The translations under genes were made by a program, and so were the position numbers. From NCBI GenBank assembly GCA_038883795.1, contig JAVZLK010000010.1, forward strand, positions 1-43,251: a DNA stretch of 43,251 bases, in the 5' to 3' direction. This document shows, piece after piece, positions 9,391-18,763 of this stretch (position 1 is the stretch's first letter; each line of letters begins with the position of its first letter). The notes under the pieces are model-generated. The model ran no database searches and had not been told where the DNA came from. It saw nothing but the letters and a program-made list of their open reading frames with translations. The stretch is from Candidatus Bathyarchaeia archaeon (GTDB taxonomy: Archaea; Thermoproteota; Bathyarchaeia; Bathyarchaeales; Bathycorpusculaceae).

Positions 9391-10784
9391 AGTTCAAACC
9401 CACCGTGTACTGTGACTCTTGGACGTATAAGCAGTACAAATGATCTATCTACATCTGTGCTTGAGACGAATGCGTATCCCACAGGCAAGTCTCTTATAAG
9501 TTCCTCTGTAGATAAAATTTCGCCTTTGTATGTTATTTCAGAAGGGTCTTTGCTTTTCAAATTTTGTGTAACGTATTGCAAATCCGCAAGCGAAACTAGT
9601 TTGTGACTAATTATCGTATCCACTTGAGCCATAACGCGACTATCGATTGCTGTTGGTTGTTGCGTCGTCATTATGACTGAAATACCGTAATTTCGTCCTT
9701 CTCTAACCAGTTTAACCATTATCTCATTAAACATTGTTTTCATCGTAGATGGTAGCAGGTTTTGGGCTTCATCTATTAATAAAGTGACCCTAGGAATGCC
9801 TCTTTCAATAGATTCTTTTAGTTTCTTCTCATTGCCTGCTTGAACAAGAAGAGCCTTCTCATAGTAAGAAGTTTCGGATCTTAACTTCAACAAATTCTTA
9901 ACAAAAACGCTTACAATCGCGGCTCTTATATCGCTCGGGACGCTTCCTAAGAGGAGAATTGTTAGTTTTCCTGAGGTAAACATCTCTTTTAGAGGCGTGC
10001 CCTTAATAGCAAAAAGTGGATATTTAGATAAAACTCGCATGTTATTGATTACTGCACGTCTAGTTTGGATTGCATAGCCCTCAGTTTTGGATGTTATCTC
10101 TTTGTCATGTTGTATACATTGGATAAGATCATCAATAGAATATTGTTCCTTAGGTAACACTTCCTTTTCTTGTACAATGTTGTCGTCTGCGTCGCGTTCG
10201 ACCCAAGTCCAACCAGAACTCTTCACTTTGTCTATAACTTCCAGGATCAATTGACCTCCAAGATCTCTAAACATGTCGTAGCCTAAAAGGTAGCACCAGT
10301 CAGATGCTTCAAGATCCGGTATGCTTAACTTAAATGTTTTAAAGGCAGTTCCAGGGATTTCAAATCCGGCAGGAATCCAAACGTCGACATTCACATCCGC
10401 GGGAGATAATTGCCATTCTTCTAATAGTTGCTTTTGTTTAGCTATGTCTTTTTGAGGCTGATTGCTTGGAATATATTCCATAGTCCAGAATATGTTAATC
10501 GTGTCAAAAAGCAAACTTGCACGATTAATTTTGCCTCGCACTATCTGTTCAGAGTTTGTTGCTAGAGATTCGGCAAAACATCCTAATGTATATGACTTGC
10601 CACTACCTCTCTTTCCAACGATTGAAATTACATGCTCTTTTTCAACGTCAAACCATACATCAGTCTCTGATAATTCTTCAGCGAGTTTGCCCAGAAAGAC
10701 GCTACACTTTGAATCTTCTGCTCCGACTAACAAAGTTCTTTTAGAGAAGCGTGGAATAACGCGAAATCTAGCAGCGCCTGACAT
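9387..10784 (-). CDS. HerA/FtsK-family ATPase (DUF87-like)
   Basis: Walker A GKRGSGKSYT, Walker B LLIDEAQ, VREGRNYG arginine finger, TTQQP glutamine sensor, IRPRVT tail. Confidence 0.88.
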   Translation of the reverse strand: MSGAARFRVIPRFSKRTLLVGAEDSKCSVFLGKLAEELSETDVWFDVEKEHVISIVGKRGSGKSYTLGCFAESLATNSEQIVRGKINRASLLFDTINIFWTMEYIPSNQPQKDIAKQKQLLEEWQLSPADVNVDVWIPAGFEIPGTAFKTFKLSIPDLEASDWCYLLGYDMFRDLGGQLILEVIDKVKSSGWTWVERDADDNIVQEKEVLPKEQYSIDDLIQCIQHDKEITSKTEGYAIQTRRAVINNMRVLSKYPLFAIKGTPLKEMFTSGKLTILLLGSVPSDIRAAIVSVFVKNLLKLRSETSYYEKALLVQAGNEKKLKESIERGIPRVTLLIDEAQNLLPSTMKTMFNEIMVKLVREGRNYGISVIMTTQQPTAIDSRVMAQVDTIISHKLVSLADLQYVTQNLKSKDPSEITYKGEILSTEELIRDLPVGYAFVSSTDVDRSFVLLIRPRVTVHGGFEL

Positions 10785-10793
10785 TTGCTTTAT

Positions 10794-11981
10794 CTACCTT
10801 CGCCTTCTGCGAGGAATTTCTCCAGGTCGTGGGGCCCTCTCTTGTTTCTTAATAGCATTAGCTACTGCCTCTTTGTCAACAAGATCTTTGCCCATCTTTT
10901 TTGATTCTGTTGCGGCATCATTAAGAAGGTCGGATATTGTCCTTGGTGTTTTCCGTCTCGGGTCCTCAGCAACGTGTGTTACAATAAGTTTGATTGCTTC
11001 CTCAGTAAATGGATAGAACTCTTCGTTTACAGTTAACCCTTTTTCTTCTAACCTCCTTATTCTTTTCTCTTTTTCCTTTGGATCCACAACGTAACCCAAA
11101 AGATCTTTTATGAATGGCTCTAATTCCTCATCTTTCAGTTGGCTAATTTGCAGGTAATTTCCTTCCCCAATTCTACCGGAAACTGCCCCGCTGGACAATG
11201 GTGTAACAATTGCTTCATAATCCGCAGCGGTACACGCACAAATGAAACCAAGATGTCTCTGAAGTTTTTCTGAGATCTCTCTAAACGCGGTTATAAATGT
11301 ACCTTGAGCATAAGGATCTGTAACATCTATTAGTTTTTCACATTCATCTATGAGTAGTACCAGTCGCTTTTTCATTATTTCATTGTAGATTTCGCCAAGT
11401 TTTATAAGAAAGCGCGCTGAGTCCCTAGGAGTTATCGCTGATGTAGCACCAAGACCTATTGCTTCGCTCGATGAAACTTGCTCTCCACAAAGCCATCGCC
11501 AAGCACGTATAAGGTCCTCACTACCCTTGGTAGCTACTACAAGTTTCAAACAAACATTCGCTGTATCTGGATTTCCAAAGAACTCCTTAAATTTAGCGTC
11601 CCCTACTTTCAGAAGAAATTTCTGTAATAAATCTTTTATTTGATCACTTCCCATCGTCATTAAAATTTCTTTATAAAGATCCAAGAAAGTAGCGTTTCTT
11701 GCTAAATCAGGACATATAACATATATGGAGTCGTTACCGTATTCCTTTAGAAGTTTCTTGCCGGCATAAAATTGAGTGTGGGTCTTGCCTCCGCCATATA
11801 CCCCCCACAGAACTAATCGCGGGGCACTCTCAATATCTGAAGCCGCTTGTATTCTATCTAACAATAGGCTCTTCTCATCGCTTCTACCTGCATAACATTC
11901 ATAATCGGTTTGCGGATCAAGCATAAAACTAGGTCTTTGTAGCCCAAAGTATTCTCTTATCGTCGCACTTCTTTCAATCAT
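10794..11981 (-). CDS. AAA+ P-loop ATPase, BrxD/Orc-like (paralogue 3)
   Basis: Walker A LWGVYGGGKTH, AWRWLCG, Walker B LLIDECE, FYPFTEEAI, TPRTI. Confidence 0.85.
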   Translation of the reverse strand: MIERSATIREYFGLQRPSFMLDPQTDYECYAGRSDEKSLLLDRIQAASDIESAPRLVLWGVYGGGKTHTQFYAGKKLLKEYGNDSIYVICPDLARNATFLDLYKEILMTMGSDQIKDLLQKFLLKVGDAKFKEFFGNPDTANVCLKLVVATKGSEDLIRAWRWLCGEQVSSSEAIGLGATSAITPRDSARFLIKLGEIYNEIMKKRLVLLIDECEKLIDVTDPYAQGTFITAFREISEKLQRHLGFICACTAADYEAIVTPLSSGAVSGRIGEGNYLQISQLKDEELEPFIKDLLGYVVDPKEKEKRIRRLEEKGLTVNEEFYPFTEEAIKLIVTHVAEDPRRKTPRTISDLLNDAATESKKMGKDLVDKEAVANAIKKQERAPRPGEIPRRRRR

Positions 11982-11992
11982 CTATCTCACTC

Positions 11993-12454
11993 TCATTTCA
12001 GATGATATGCATATAATGTTAACCTTTCTAGTATATTTTTTCCCTCTCCCTTACCCTTTATAAAGATGACTGCATCATCCGTAAAATTAGCATTATAAGT
12101 TAAGTTTGCTGTGCCGAAAAAGCCATATTCAAAGTTAACGCTTTTCACGAGGATTATTTTCGCATGAAGGTTATCATTGTAATATATTCTGGCTCCGGCT
12201 TTCTCAAGCATAGAAACAGCTTTCTTATGCCATGCAGCTGTAGGCGTTCTCGTAATCACTAAAGTATTAATTTTTTCTCGTCTAATTCTTCTACATAGGA
12301 TTTCCAGAAGTGGCTCATCCCTTTGAGGAGTGATCCAAGGTGAAACGATTATGAGTTTTATAATCTCTCTTGTGAGGATTATCTGGTTAAATATTCTTGT
12401 CGGAATTTCGTTAGTCCATAACTCTAATATGCTGGCACTCATGCTTGAATTCAA
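11993..12454 (-). CDS. single-domain phospholipase D-family nuclease (DpdK/Nuc-like)
   Basis: IVSPWI, LHAKIILV and GTANLT are the hallmark HKD-family motifs. Confidence 0.85.
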   Translation of the reverse strand: MNSSMSASILELWTNEIPTRIFNQIILTREIIKLIIVSPWITPQRDEPLLEILCRRIRREKINTLVITRTPTAAWHKKAVSMLEKAGARIYYNDNLHAKIILVKSVNFEYGFFGTANLTYNANFTDDAVIFIKGKGEGKNILERLTLYAYHLK

Positions 12455-12592
12455 TCCTCAGCATGCTCTCAAAAACAATTTAATGAAATATAGAATATAT
12501 GTTTGTAGTTTGCTTTCATTAGTCTGGTTCGGCTTAACTTTTATTTATTTGGACAGAACAATGTTGCTTTAATAGTTACTATCCTTGAGCTG

Positions 12593-13843
12593 ATGCATAT
12601 GCCCTTAAACGCTACCATCGAACGAATTAATGTATCCTTCAAAAATAACTGGAACAAGCCTGTTCATCGATGGTACCGTTTCCATGCGGGCTGTTCTTCA
12701 GATTTTCCGGAAAAGATAATCAGTTTACTGAAAATTGAACAGGGAAAAACCATCATGGATCCCTTCACAGGCTCGGGAACCATACTCGTAAGCGCAAAAG
12801 AAAGAGGTGTTAACTCTATTGGTATTGACATAAATCCCTTTTATGTTTTTATGGCGAAAGTGAAAACTTACTGGGAGTTTGATATGAAATATCTTTTTGG
12901 GAATCTGAAAATTTTTACAGAACAAATAAGATTATTAAGTAAAAAAATCAATCCTTGCGGTGAAAAGTCATCACAGACGGTCAGTAATATCCCAAAGTAT
13001 ATTTGGAGGTATTTCAATTCGGATGTTTTGAAAATATTATCTACCCTAAAGGAAGCAGTTTTGGAATTTGAAGATGAAAACATTAAAGATTTTTTGCTTT
13101 TTGCCCTAGCCTCCATTTTAATAGATGTGTCAAAAGTACATTATGTAGGAGAGACTATCGTTTTTAATAAAAATACAAAAACAAATAATGCTCAAGTTTA
13201 CGACATATACATTAATAAAATTTGGGAAATGTATTCGGATCTTGAAGCTAAACAACACTTAAGGAATAAAGGCACGGTAGAAATTAGAAAAGCAGACGCT
13301 AGAAATCTAAAAAATCTGGTTCCAGATGAAAGCATTGATCACGTAATTACTCATCCGCCATATCTAAACAATTATAACTACCTACTACGTGACCGGCTTC
13401 CATTGTTTTTCTTGGAATATTTCAAGACTTTGTCTGACGAGAAAAAAATGCGGGAGTTAATAGTTGGCAGTGTAACCAATAACAAAGCTTTTGCTGAGCC
13501 TGCTTTAAATATTCAGGAGTTTTATGAAATTGTTGAGAGGGTCAAGAACACTGGGGACGTAGAACGTTATTATGCAGTATTGAAGTATTTTCATTTTATG
13601 GATTTATTTTTAACGGATCTTCATAACAAATTAAAAAGAAATGGGTACTGTGCTATGCTTGTTGGGAACTCGTATATTAGAGGGGTTATGATACCGCTTG
13701 ATGTTATTATCGCAAAATTGGCTGAGAAAAGTGGTTTTAAGGTTTTTGCCAATTCAATGGTTAGGGATAGAGGAAATGGCGCTTTCCAACATCTTTATAA
13801 CGGAAGATTATATGAGAACATTTTGATATTAAAACGACCATAG
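12593..13843 (+). CDS. amino-DNA methyltransferase (m4C/m6A, alpha-type motif order)
   Basis: HRWYRFHAG, motif I DPFTGSGT, GIDINP, motif IV ITHPPY, GNS, C-terminal ENILIL. Confidence 0.88.
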   Translation: MHMPLNATIERINVSFKNNWNKPVHRWYRFHAGCSSDFPEKIISLLKIEQGKTIMDPFTGSGTILVSAKERGVNSIGIDINPFYVFMAKVKTYWEFDMKYLFGNLKIFTEQIRLLSKKINPCGEKSSQTVSNIPKYIWRYFNSDVLKILSTLKEAVLEFEDENIKDFLLFALASILIDVSKVHYVGETIVFNKNTKTNNAQVYDIYINKIWEMYSDLEAKQHLRNKGTVEIRKADARNLKNLVPDESIDHVITHPPYLNNYNYLLRDRLPLFFLEYFKTLSDEKKMRELIVGSVTNNKAFAEPALNIQEFYEIVERVKNTGDVERYYAVLKYFHFMDLFLTDLHNKLKRNGYCAMLVGNSYIRGVMIPLDVIIAKLAEKSGFKVFANSMVRDRGNGAFQHLYNGRLYENILILKRP

Positions 13844-13859
13844 AATAGGTTGAAATATT

Positions 13860-14924
13860 ATGCGGATTACTGTTCAGCCAGTTGAAATACCCGAATTAAT
13901 TGAGGCAATGAAGATAATTATCAAATTCGTAGACCAAAATAGAAAACCTCTATCTGTAGAAGACCTTCAAAACGAGTTTTTAAAGGAAGGTTATAAAAAG
14001 GGAAAGCCAAAAGTAAGGAACATAATAGGGACTCTTGTCGAATGGAGACTTATCAATCGCATAGAACGTTCAAAGTATGAGCCCTCCTTTACATCCAAAA
14101 AGCTCTTCTCATTGCCAAACAAGAGACTAGAAATGGAAATTAAGAAGATTATTCTTAAAAACGAACCTAAATTTCTTGAAATGTTATATCTTCTAGAAGG
14201 TTCACGCTTAACGGTGGAAGAATTGTCTAACATGTTGGGAACAACTATTGTAACTACAAATGTTTTTCTTAGATGGGGATTATATTTCAAAGAAATTGAA
14301 AAAAAGGAAAACTTCTTCACTAAACGACTTACGAAAGATGACATTACATTACCTCATAAGCAACTTGCTCGTTGTGTGGCATCTGAATTAGCAAGAGTAG
14401 GATTCAACATTTCTTTTGAGCAAGGGAAACCACCGACAGATTTAATCGCTGAGAGCCAAGATAAGCAACGTAAGATCTATGTAGAATGTAAATCGTCAAT
14501 AAGTGAAGTTACCAAAGGAATTGGTCAGCTAGTTGTATCAGAACGCAAAAAGACCGATGAACTCTGGCTAGTTTTACCTACTTCTGTAATATCTGAGATA
14601 ACGTATAGCCGACTTTTTAAAATTCTAGAAGGCTTGAATAACATTAAAATGGATTTAGTATTGTACAATCTTGAGAAATTTCTAAACGGAGAAGCGGCGT
14701 TTCGGGAAAGAATAAGATTATTTGGAAGACGTTGGAAAGCGGACAAAGATTTTCTCCACAAACTAATTGAGGCTGATTTTAAGCATGATTTTGACGAAAA
14801 GATCGTAGCCGAATTTCTACAGATCAAGCAAAGAAGAGCGAAGAAAACATTAAATCGATTATTTTATCGAGGTTTATTGTCGAAGAGAAACGGAAAGTAT
14901 TCTTTTAGATGTAAAACTAAGTAA
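13860..14924 (+). CDS. putative restriction endonuclease (wHTH domains + PD-(D/E)xK)
   Basis: PTDLIA...YVECK...GIGQL nuclease motifs flanked by wHTH segments; directly downstream of the MTase. Confidence 0.72.
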   Translation: MRITVQPVEIPELIEAMKIIIKFVDQNRKPLSVEDLQNEFLKEGYKKGKPKVRNIIGTLVEWRLINRIERSKYEPSFTSKKLFSLPNKRLEMEIKKIILKNEPKFLEMLYLLEGSRLTVEELSNMLGTTIVTTNVFLRWGLYFKEIEKKENFFTKRLTKDDITLPHKQLARCVASELARVGFNISFEQGKPPTDLIAESQDKQRKIYVECKSSISEVTKGIGQLVVSERKKTDELWLVLPTSVISEITYSRLFKILEGLNNIKMDLVLYNLEKFLNGEAAFRERIRLFGRRWKADKDFLHKLIEADFKHDFDEKIVAEFLQIKQRRAKKTLNRLFYRGLLSKRNGKYSFRCKTK

Positions 14925-16599
14925 CTAATGTTGTTTGTTTGTATTTTTTATGCTGTACGTTTTTATTTGAAAACAGCTCATAGTAGGATTTAATTTCATT
15001 TAATATAGCCTCTCTAAAATTTTTCATTTGTCTATTATATTCTATTACATCTAGTTTTCCTCTACTCAATTCTACCTTAGGGAAAATCTCGATAGGAACA
15101 TCTAAAGATAATGAAGCCTTTTCAATTGCTTCACGATAAGGACCTAACCCTATGAAGAAAATCTTGTCATAGAAGCGTAGTTTATTCTTTAGGTCTCTTA
15201 TGACATTCAAAAGTTTTTCTGATGTTAAACGTTGTTCATAATAGGGTATTATTGTATCCCAACTTATTAGCATATATTTACCCGAAAGAATGCCAATTTC
15301 TATTGGAAGATCGTGTACATTTTCCCAGAATGTTTTGAAAAGGTTAGATTTTGCATATCGCATGTATGCAGGTAAGAGTCTTTCGCTGGGGTCTTTTTCA
15401 CCTGTGCACCAAGTTAATGCCAAAATCCTAGGATATTTCTTTTTTAGAATTCTGTGGAAATGGTATACGTTGTGAAAGCCTCTGCGCATGTTTCGTTCGC
15501 ATCCTCTAAAAATACACACATGTAATCCAATTTCTGTGCAGATTGGACAATCACACTTCTCCCAGGGTTTATCATTCAACGTCCTTAATACATCCTTCTC
15601 TCTAAAAGAGAAGCCTTGGGGGTCATAGTCTTTTAATATGGTGGCAAATTCCTCTGCTGTAACTCTTCCCTGAGTAAATTCTCTAAGCTTTTGAAAAACA
15701 ATTTTTTCCTGCAGTTTTTCTTTTTCATTTTTAGCTTCACGAATTCTGATTGCCGTATAAAAATGTTCATTCATCATGTAGTTCTTGGTACCAGAGGTCC
15801 AAGCCATTCTGAGTGGTGAAGCAGAATCAAATGATGTTACTCCACATTGTAACATTGTAGTGAAGAGGTCTTTTCTTGCCACTCCGAATAAATGAAGCCC
15901 TATTCTTGGCCAGTAGTGGATTTTCTCTTTTCTTTTCTTTAAATGTTCCTTTATTTCCTTATGAACTCTGAATAATACTTTTTGTATTGTAATTGTAGGT
16001 TTTTTAGCTAGCCCACCTAACCCAACATAATTAAATCCATGTTCTAATAATTCACGAATACCTCTAGCATAAGATTCCTCGTCCCATCCCTGTGTAATCC
16101 CAATAAGGCGTATGCCTTCGTATCTAGTTTTTTGTGCTTCATCATACATTTTCTTGGCATTTTCGATTGTTAGATTCCATCTCTCCTCCTTTTCTGCATC
16201 TGTCAAGGGCCGCCTTTCTTTATCCGATACTTTTACAGTCTTTACTATCAAATGGTCAACCGTAACTCCAATGTCAAATCCTAGGTCTTTGTAAAAAGAT
16301 AGGGTTTGGAGGGCCTCATAGCGCGGCTTCTGGTCGTCTACATAGCTAAACGCCCCACAATCGCCCATTATTTGCCCATAAAACCCCAATGCGGCATGAA
16401 TTCCTTCCTTTTCTGCTTTCTGTCTTATATGATTTGTCCGCTCGATGTTTATCCTAGAAACTAGAACGCCGTCGATTGGAGGTTTACTAAAGCACTCCCA
16501 TATTCTTTTCTGTGTTCCGCTATACTTGTCAGTCCATGGATTGAATGTTTCATAGATGTCGTCACCTGGCCAAAATGGGATAAAATACTGCATAGTCAT
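14917..16599 (-). CDS. dpdA: DNA 7-deazaguanine transglycosylase DpdA fused to a C-terminal DUF6884/YaaA-like domain
   Basis: DpdA signatures: PIDGVLVSR, GDCGAFSY, VDHLI, TQGWD, GLGGL, LHLFG, SFDSASPLR, PWEKCDCPIC, IFRGCERNMRRGFHN. C-terminal domain has WCTGEK...PAYMRY...ILSGKYMLI...IIPYYEQRL. Confidence 0.88.
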   Translation of the reverse strand: MTMQYFIPFWPGDDIYETFNPWTDKYSGTQKRIWECFSKPPIDGVLVSRINIERTNHIRQKAEKEGIHAALGFYGQIMGDCGAFSYVDDQKPRYEALQTLSFYKDLGFDIGVTVDHLIVKTVKVSDKERRPLTDAEKEERWNLTIENAKKMYDEAQKTRYEGIRLIGITQGWDEESYARGIRELLEHGFNYVGLGGLAKKPTITIQKVLFRVHKEIKEHLKKRKEKIHYWPRIGLHLFGVARKDLFTTMLQCGVTSFDSASPLRMAWTSGTKNYMMNEHFYTAIRIREAKNEKEKLQEKIVFQKLREFTQGRVTAEEFATILKDYDPQGFSFREKDVLRTLNDKPWEKCDCPICTEIGLHVCIFRGCERNMRRGFHNVYHFHRILKKKYPRILALTWCTGEKDPSERLLPAYMRYAKSNLFKTFWENVHDLPIEIGILSGKYMLISWDTIIPYYEQRLTSEKLLNVIRDLKNKLRFYDKIFFIGLGPYREAIEKASLSLDVPIEIFPKVELSRGKLDVIEYNRQMKNFREAILNEIKSYYELFSNKNVQHKKYKQTTLVT

Positions 16600-16624
16600 C
16601 AGCTAGGTTTTCATTCTTACTTTC

Positions 16625-17887
16625 CTAGAATACATCTGTTAGTGATTTCTTTAAAACATCTTCGTTAATTAATGAGTTGCGCATCATCGAACATGTATCG
16701 ATGGCAATGTTACATAGGCTTAGCGTTCTCCGTATATTTCCTTGGGATATTTGCAGAATCATCTTGAGTGCGCCATCAGTAAATGGGTAAAGGCAAGGAT
16801 CCTCTATGCATATTTTCTCTTTTTCTAATTTTCGCATAAGCTTTTCTTCACTAATGCTCCTGGAGTTTCGCAGGTATTCTTTTACGAATTGGTTTATGTT
16901 TTGCTCATTTAGAGGCCTTAATGTGATTTCCTTGAATATCCTCTCCGAAAAAGCATGGTACTCTCTAATTATGTTTGCCCATGTTTCTGGTGTGCATGCT
17001 ATTATAAGGGATAAACCCTTAGGATTGAGATCTATGAGGTGTCGGATACTATTTAGTAGAGCTTGCCTTTTTGGTGGAATTAGCATATCAATAGACTCAA
17101 ATTCGTCGAGAAGTAAACATACTAAATCGTAACCTAGTATTTTTAATATCTTTCGCAAACACATGAAAAGCTGTAGAGCTCTATCGTCTGTGTCAATTGG
17201 TGTGACTATACCAAGGTCACGCCTTTGTTCCGAATAGGTAGGGTCTCCACTAAGCCATCTCCAAGCTAAAAGTCCCGTTTCTTCCATTGTTAATTGCAGA
17301 AACGCTGTAAGAAAGTCCTGCCATTTTACTATGGGCAAGAATTCATCTTTGGATTCTTTGATTAATGTTGATAAAATTACAGTGCCATCGTCTACTAATC
17401 TCTTTATGCTTAACAAGTCTTTATTGAGACTCTCAGCTACTTTTTTTGGCTCTTCAGTGAATTGCATTTTTTTCCTTTCAATAAGTTTTGAAGCTGTGTA
17501 TCCTAAAACCTGCCATGAAAGATTATGAAAGAAGTCATAACCTACATCATACATAAAACCTCGGTAGATATCGCGGAATGATGTACCCGAACAGCTGACG
17601 TATCCGACTAATATTTTCTCTGACTCCTTTTCAAGCAATTTTCCTATCTCTTTTTTTATATACTTTAGCAAGTGTGTCTTACCGTTTCCATAACCAGCAA
17701 CTATCGACAAATGCGTTGAAAAGCCGCGAAGGGATGAAACCAAAGAGCGATAAACGATGTCTACTTCCTCTTCTCGATTAATACAAAATGGGGGATCGTC
17801 CTCTGGAACACCAACGCTCGGGAAGGGATTTTTCGTCAAGAAATAAAACCGGTGATCTTTTTCACCCTCTAAAGTTAGTTTACTCAT
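16625..17887 (-). CDS. AAA+ P-loop ATPase, BrxD/Orc-like (paralogue 4)
   Basis: NPFP, Walker A AGYGNGKTH, AWRWLSG, Walker B LLDEFE, LYPFT, GNIRRTL. Confidence 0.86.
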   Translation of the reverse strand: MSKLTLEGEKDHRFYFLTKNPFPSVGVPEDDPPFCINREEEVDIVYRSLVSSLRGFSTHLSIVAGYGNGKTHLLKYIKKEIGKLLEKESEKILVGYVSCSGTSFRDIYRGFMYDVGYDFFHNLSWQVLGYTASKLIERKKMQFTEEPKKVAESLNKDLLSIKRLVDDGTVILSTLIKESKDEFLPIVKWQDFLTAFLQLTMEETGLLAWRWLSGDPTYSEQRRDLGIVTPIDTDDRALQLFMCLRKILKILGYDLVCLLLDEFESIDMLIPPKRQALLNSIRHLIDLNPKGLSLIIACTPETWANIIREYHAFSERIFKEITLRPLNEQNINQFVKEYLRNSRSISEEKLMRKLEKEKICIEDPCLYPFTDGALKMILQISQGNIRRTLSLCNIAIDTCSMMRNSLINEDVLKKSLTDVF

Positions 17888-17891
17888 TGTA

Positions 17892-18752
17892 TTATCCCTT
17901 CAATGGCTCAAAAATAGCGACATAGCGATACTCTTTACCGTCTATTTCGATGCCTTTACTCTCCTTCAAGCATACAAACTGAGGCGATAGAATGGAATCT
18001 TTCAGTCCCTTTTTCACTTTCTTCAGAGAGAAAGGGTTTTTCTTGGTAACGCTAGTTATTGGTGCTCCGCACAACTCCATTTTTCCATATGACTTTTTAA
18101 AAGTGCTGACGAATAGAAAATCAAAAGTTTCCCTTTTTATTTTCAGCTTCTCACATACGTATTCCCTCAATTTTGCGATTTCTACATATTTTTGTTTAAG
18201 ACCAGGTCTTGGTTTGATATTTAGTTCCTCGTAAGTTGCTTGAAGAAACGAAATAAAATCTGTAAAGCCATTAACATTGTTCGCCAAATAATATTTGTTG
18301 GTGTAAAGGTTACGTTGAACCACACCTAATCGTTCCGCCCAATCGCATAGAACGTCAACAGCAGTCACATTGAAATTCAGTAGAGGATCATTAGCAAGAA
18401 TTTTTAATAAATCACTTTTTGTGAAACTACTGAAAAGCACATTTCTTCCAAAAGCTTCCATAAAGGTTTTGTAGAATGAATAATTGCTAAACAGTAGAGT
18501 ATGCATTTTTTCCCAATTTTCATGCTCAAAAGCCTCTATAAAATCGTATGCGTTTTTGTTTGGAATGAATTTGCCATTATTATATTCTAAGAATTTTATT
18601 CGTTCAGCTTCTAATAGAATTTCTTGCGCTCTTTTTTGTGTAGTTTTTAACTTAGCTGCCAACTTAGAAGAGTCAAGGTATCCTTCTTTAATGCTTAAGT
18701 CAATAGTTTCTATAATCCTTCTTAAAGTTACAGGCCTTATGGAAATTTTCAT
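17892..18752 (-). CDS. multi winged-helix protein, ATPase partner (paralogue of 2046-2930)
   Basis: HTH LAAKLKTTQKRAQEIL; DWAERLG, LREYVCEKLKIKRETFD, LCGAPIT. Confidence 0.72.
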   Translation of the reverse strand: MKISIRPVTLRRIIETIDLSIKEGYLDSSKLAAKLKTTQKRAQEILLEAERIKFLEYNNGKFIPNKNAYDFIEAFEHENWEKMHTLLFSNYSFYKTFMEAFGRNVLFSSFTKSDLLKILANDPLLNFNVTAVDVLCDWAERLGVVQRNLYTNKYYLANNVNGFTDFISFLQATYEELNIKPRPGLKQKYVEIAKLREYVCEKLKIKRETFDFLFVSTFKKSYGKMELCGAPITSVTKKNPFSLKKVKKGLKDSILSPQFVCLKESKGIEIDGKEYRYVAIFEPLKG

Positions 18753-18763
18753 GTTCTTTCCTC

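Noticed and set aside
9387-10784. HerA-like ATPase as a conjugative VirB4/coupling protein or viral packaging ATPase
   Set aside because: No membrane T4SS or virion genes nearby; it sits in a nuclease/ATPase operon.
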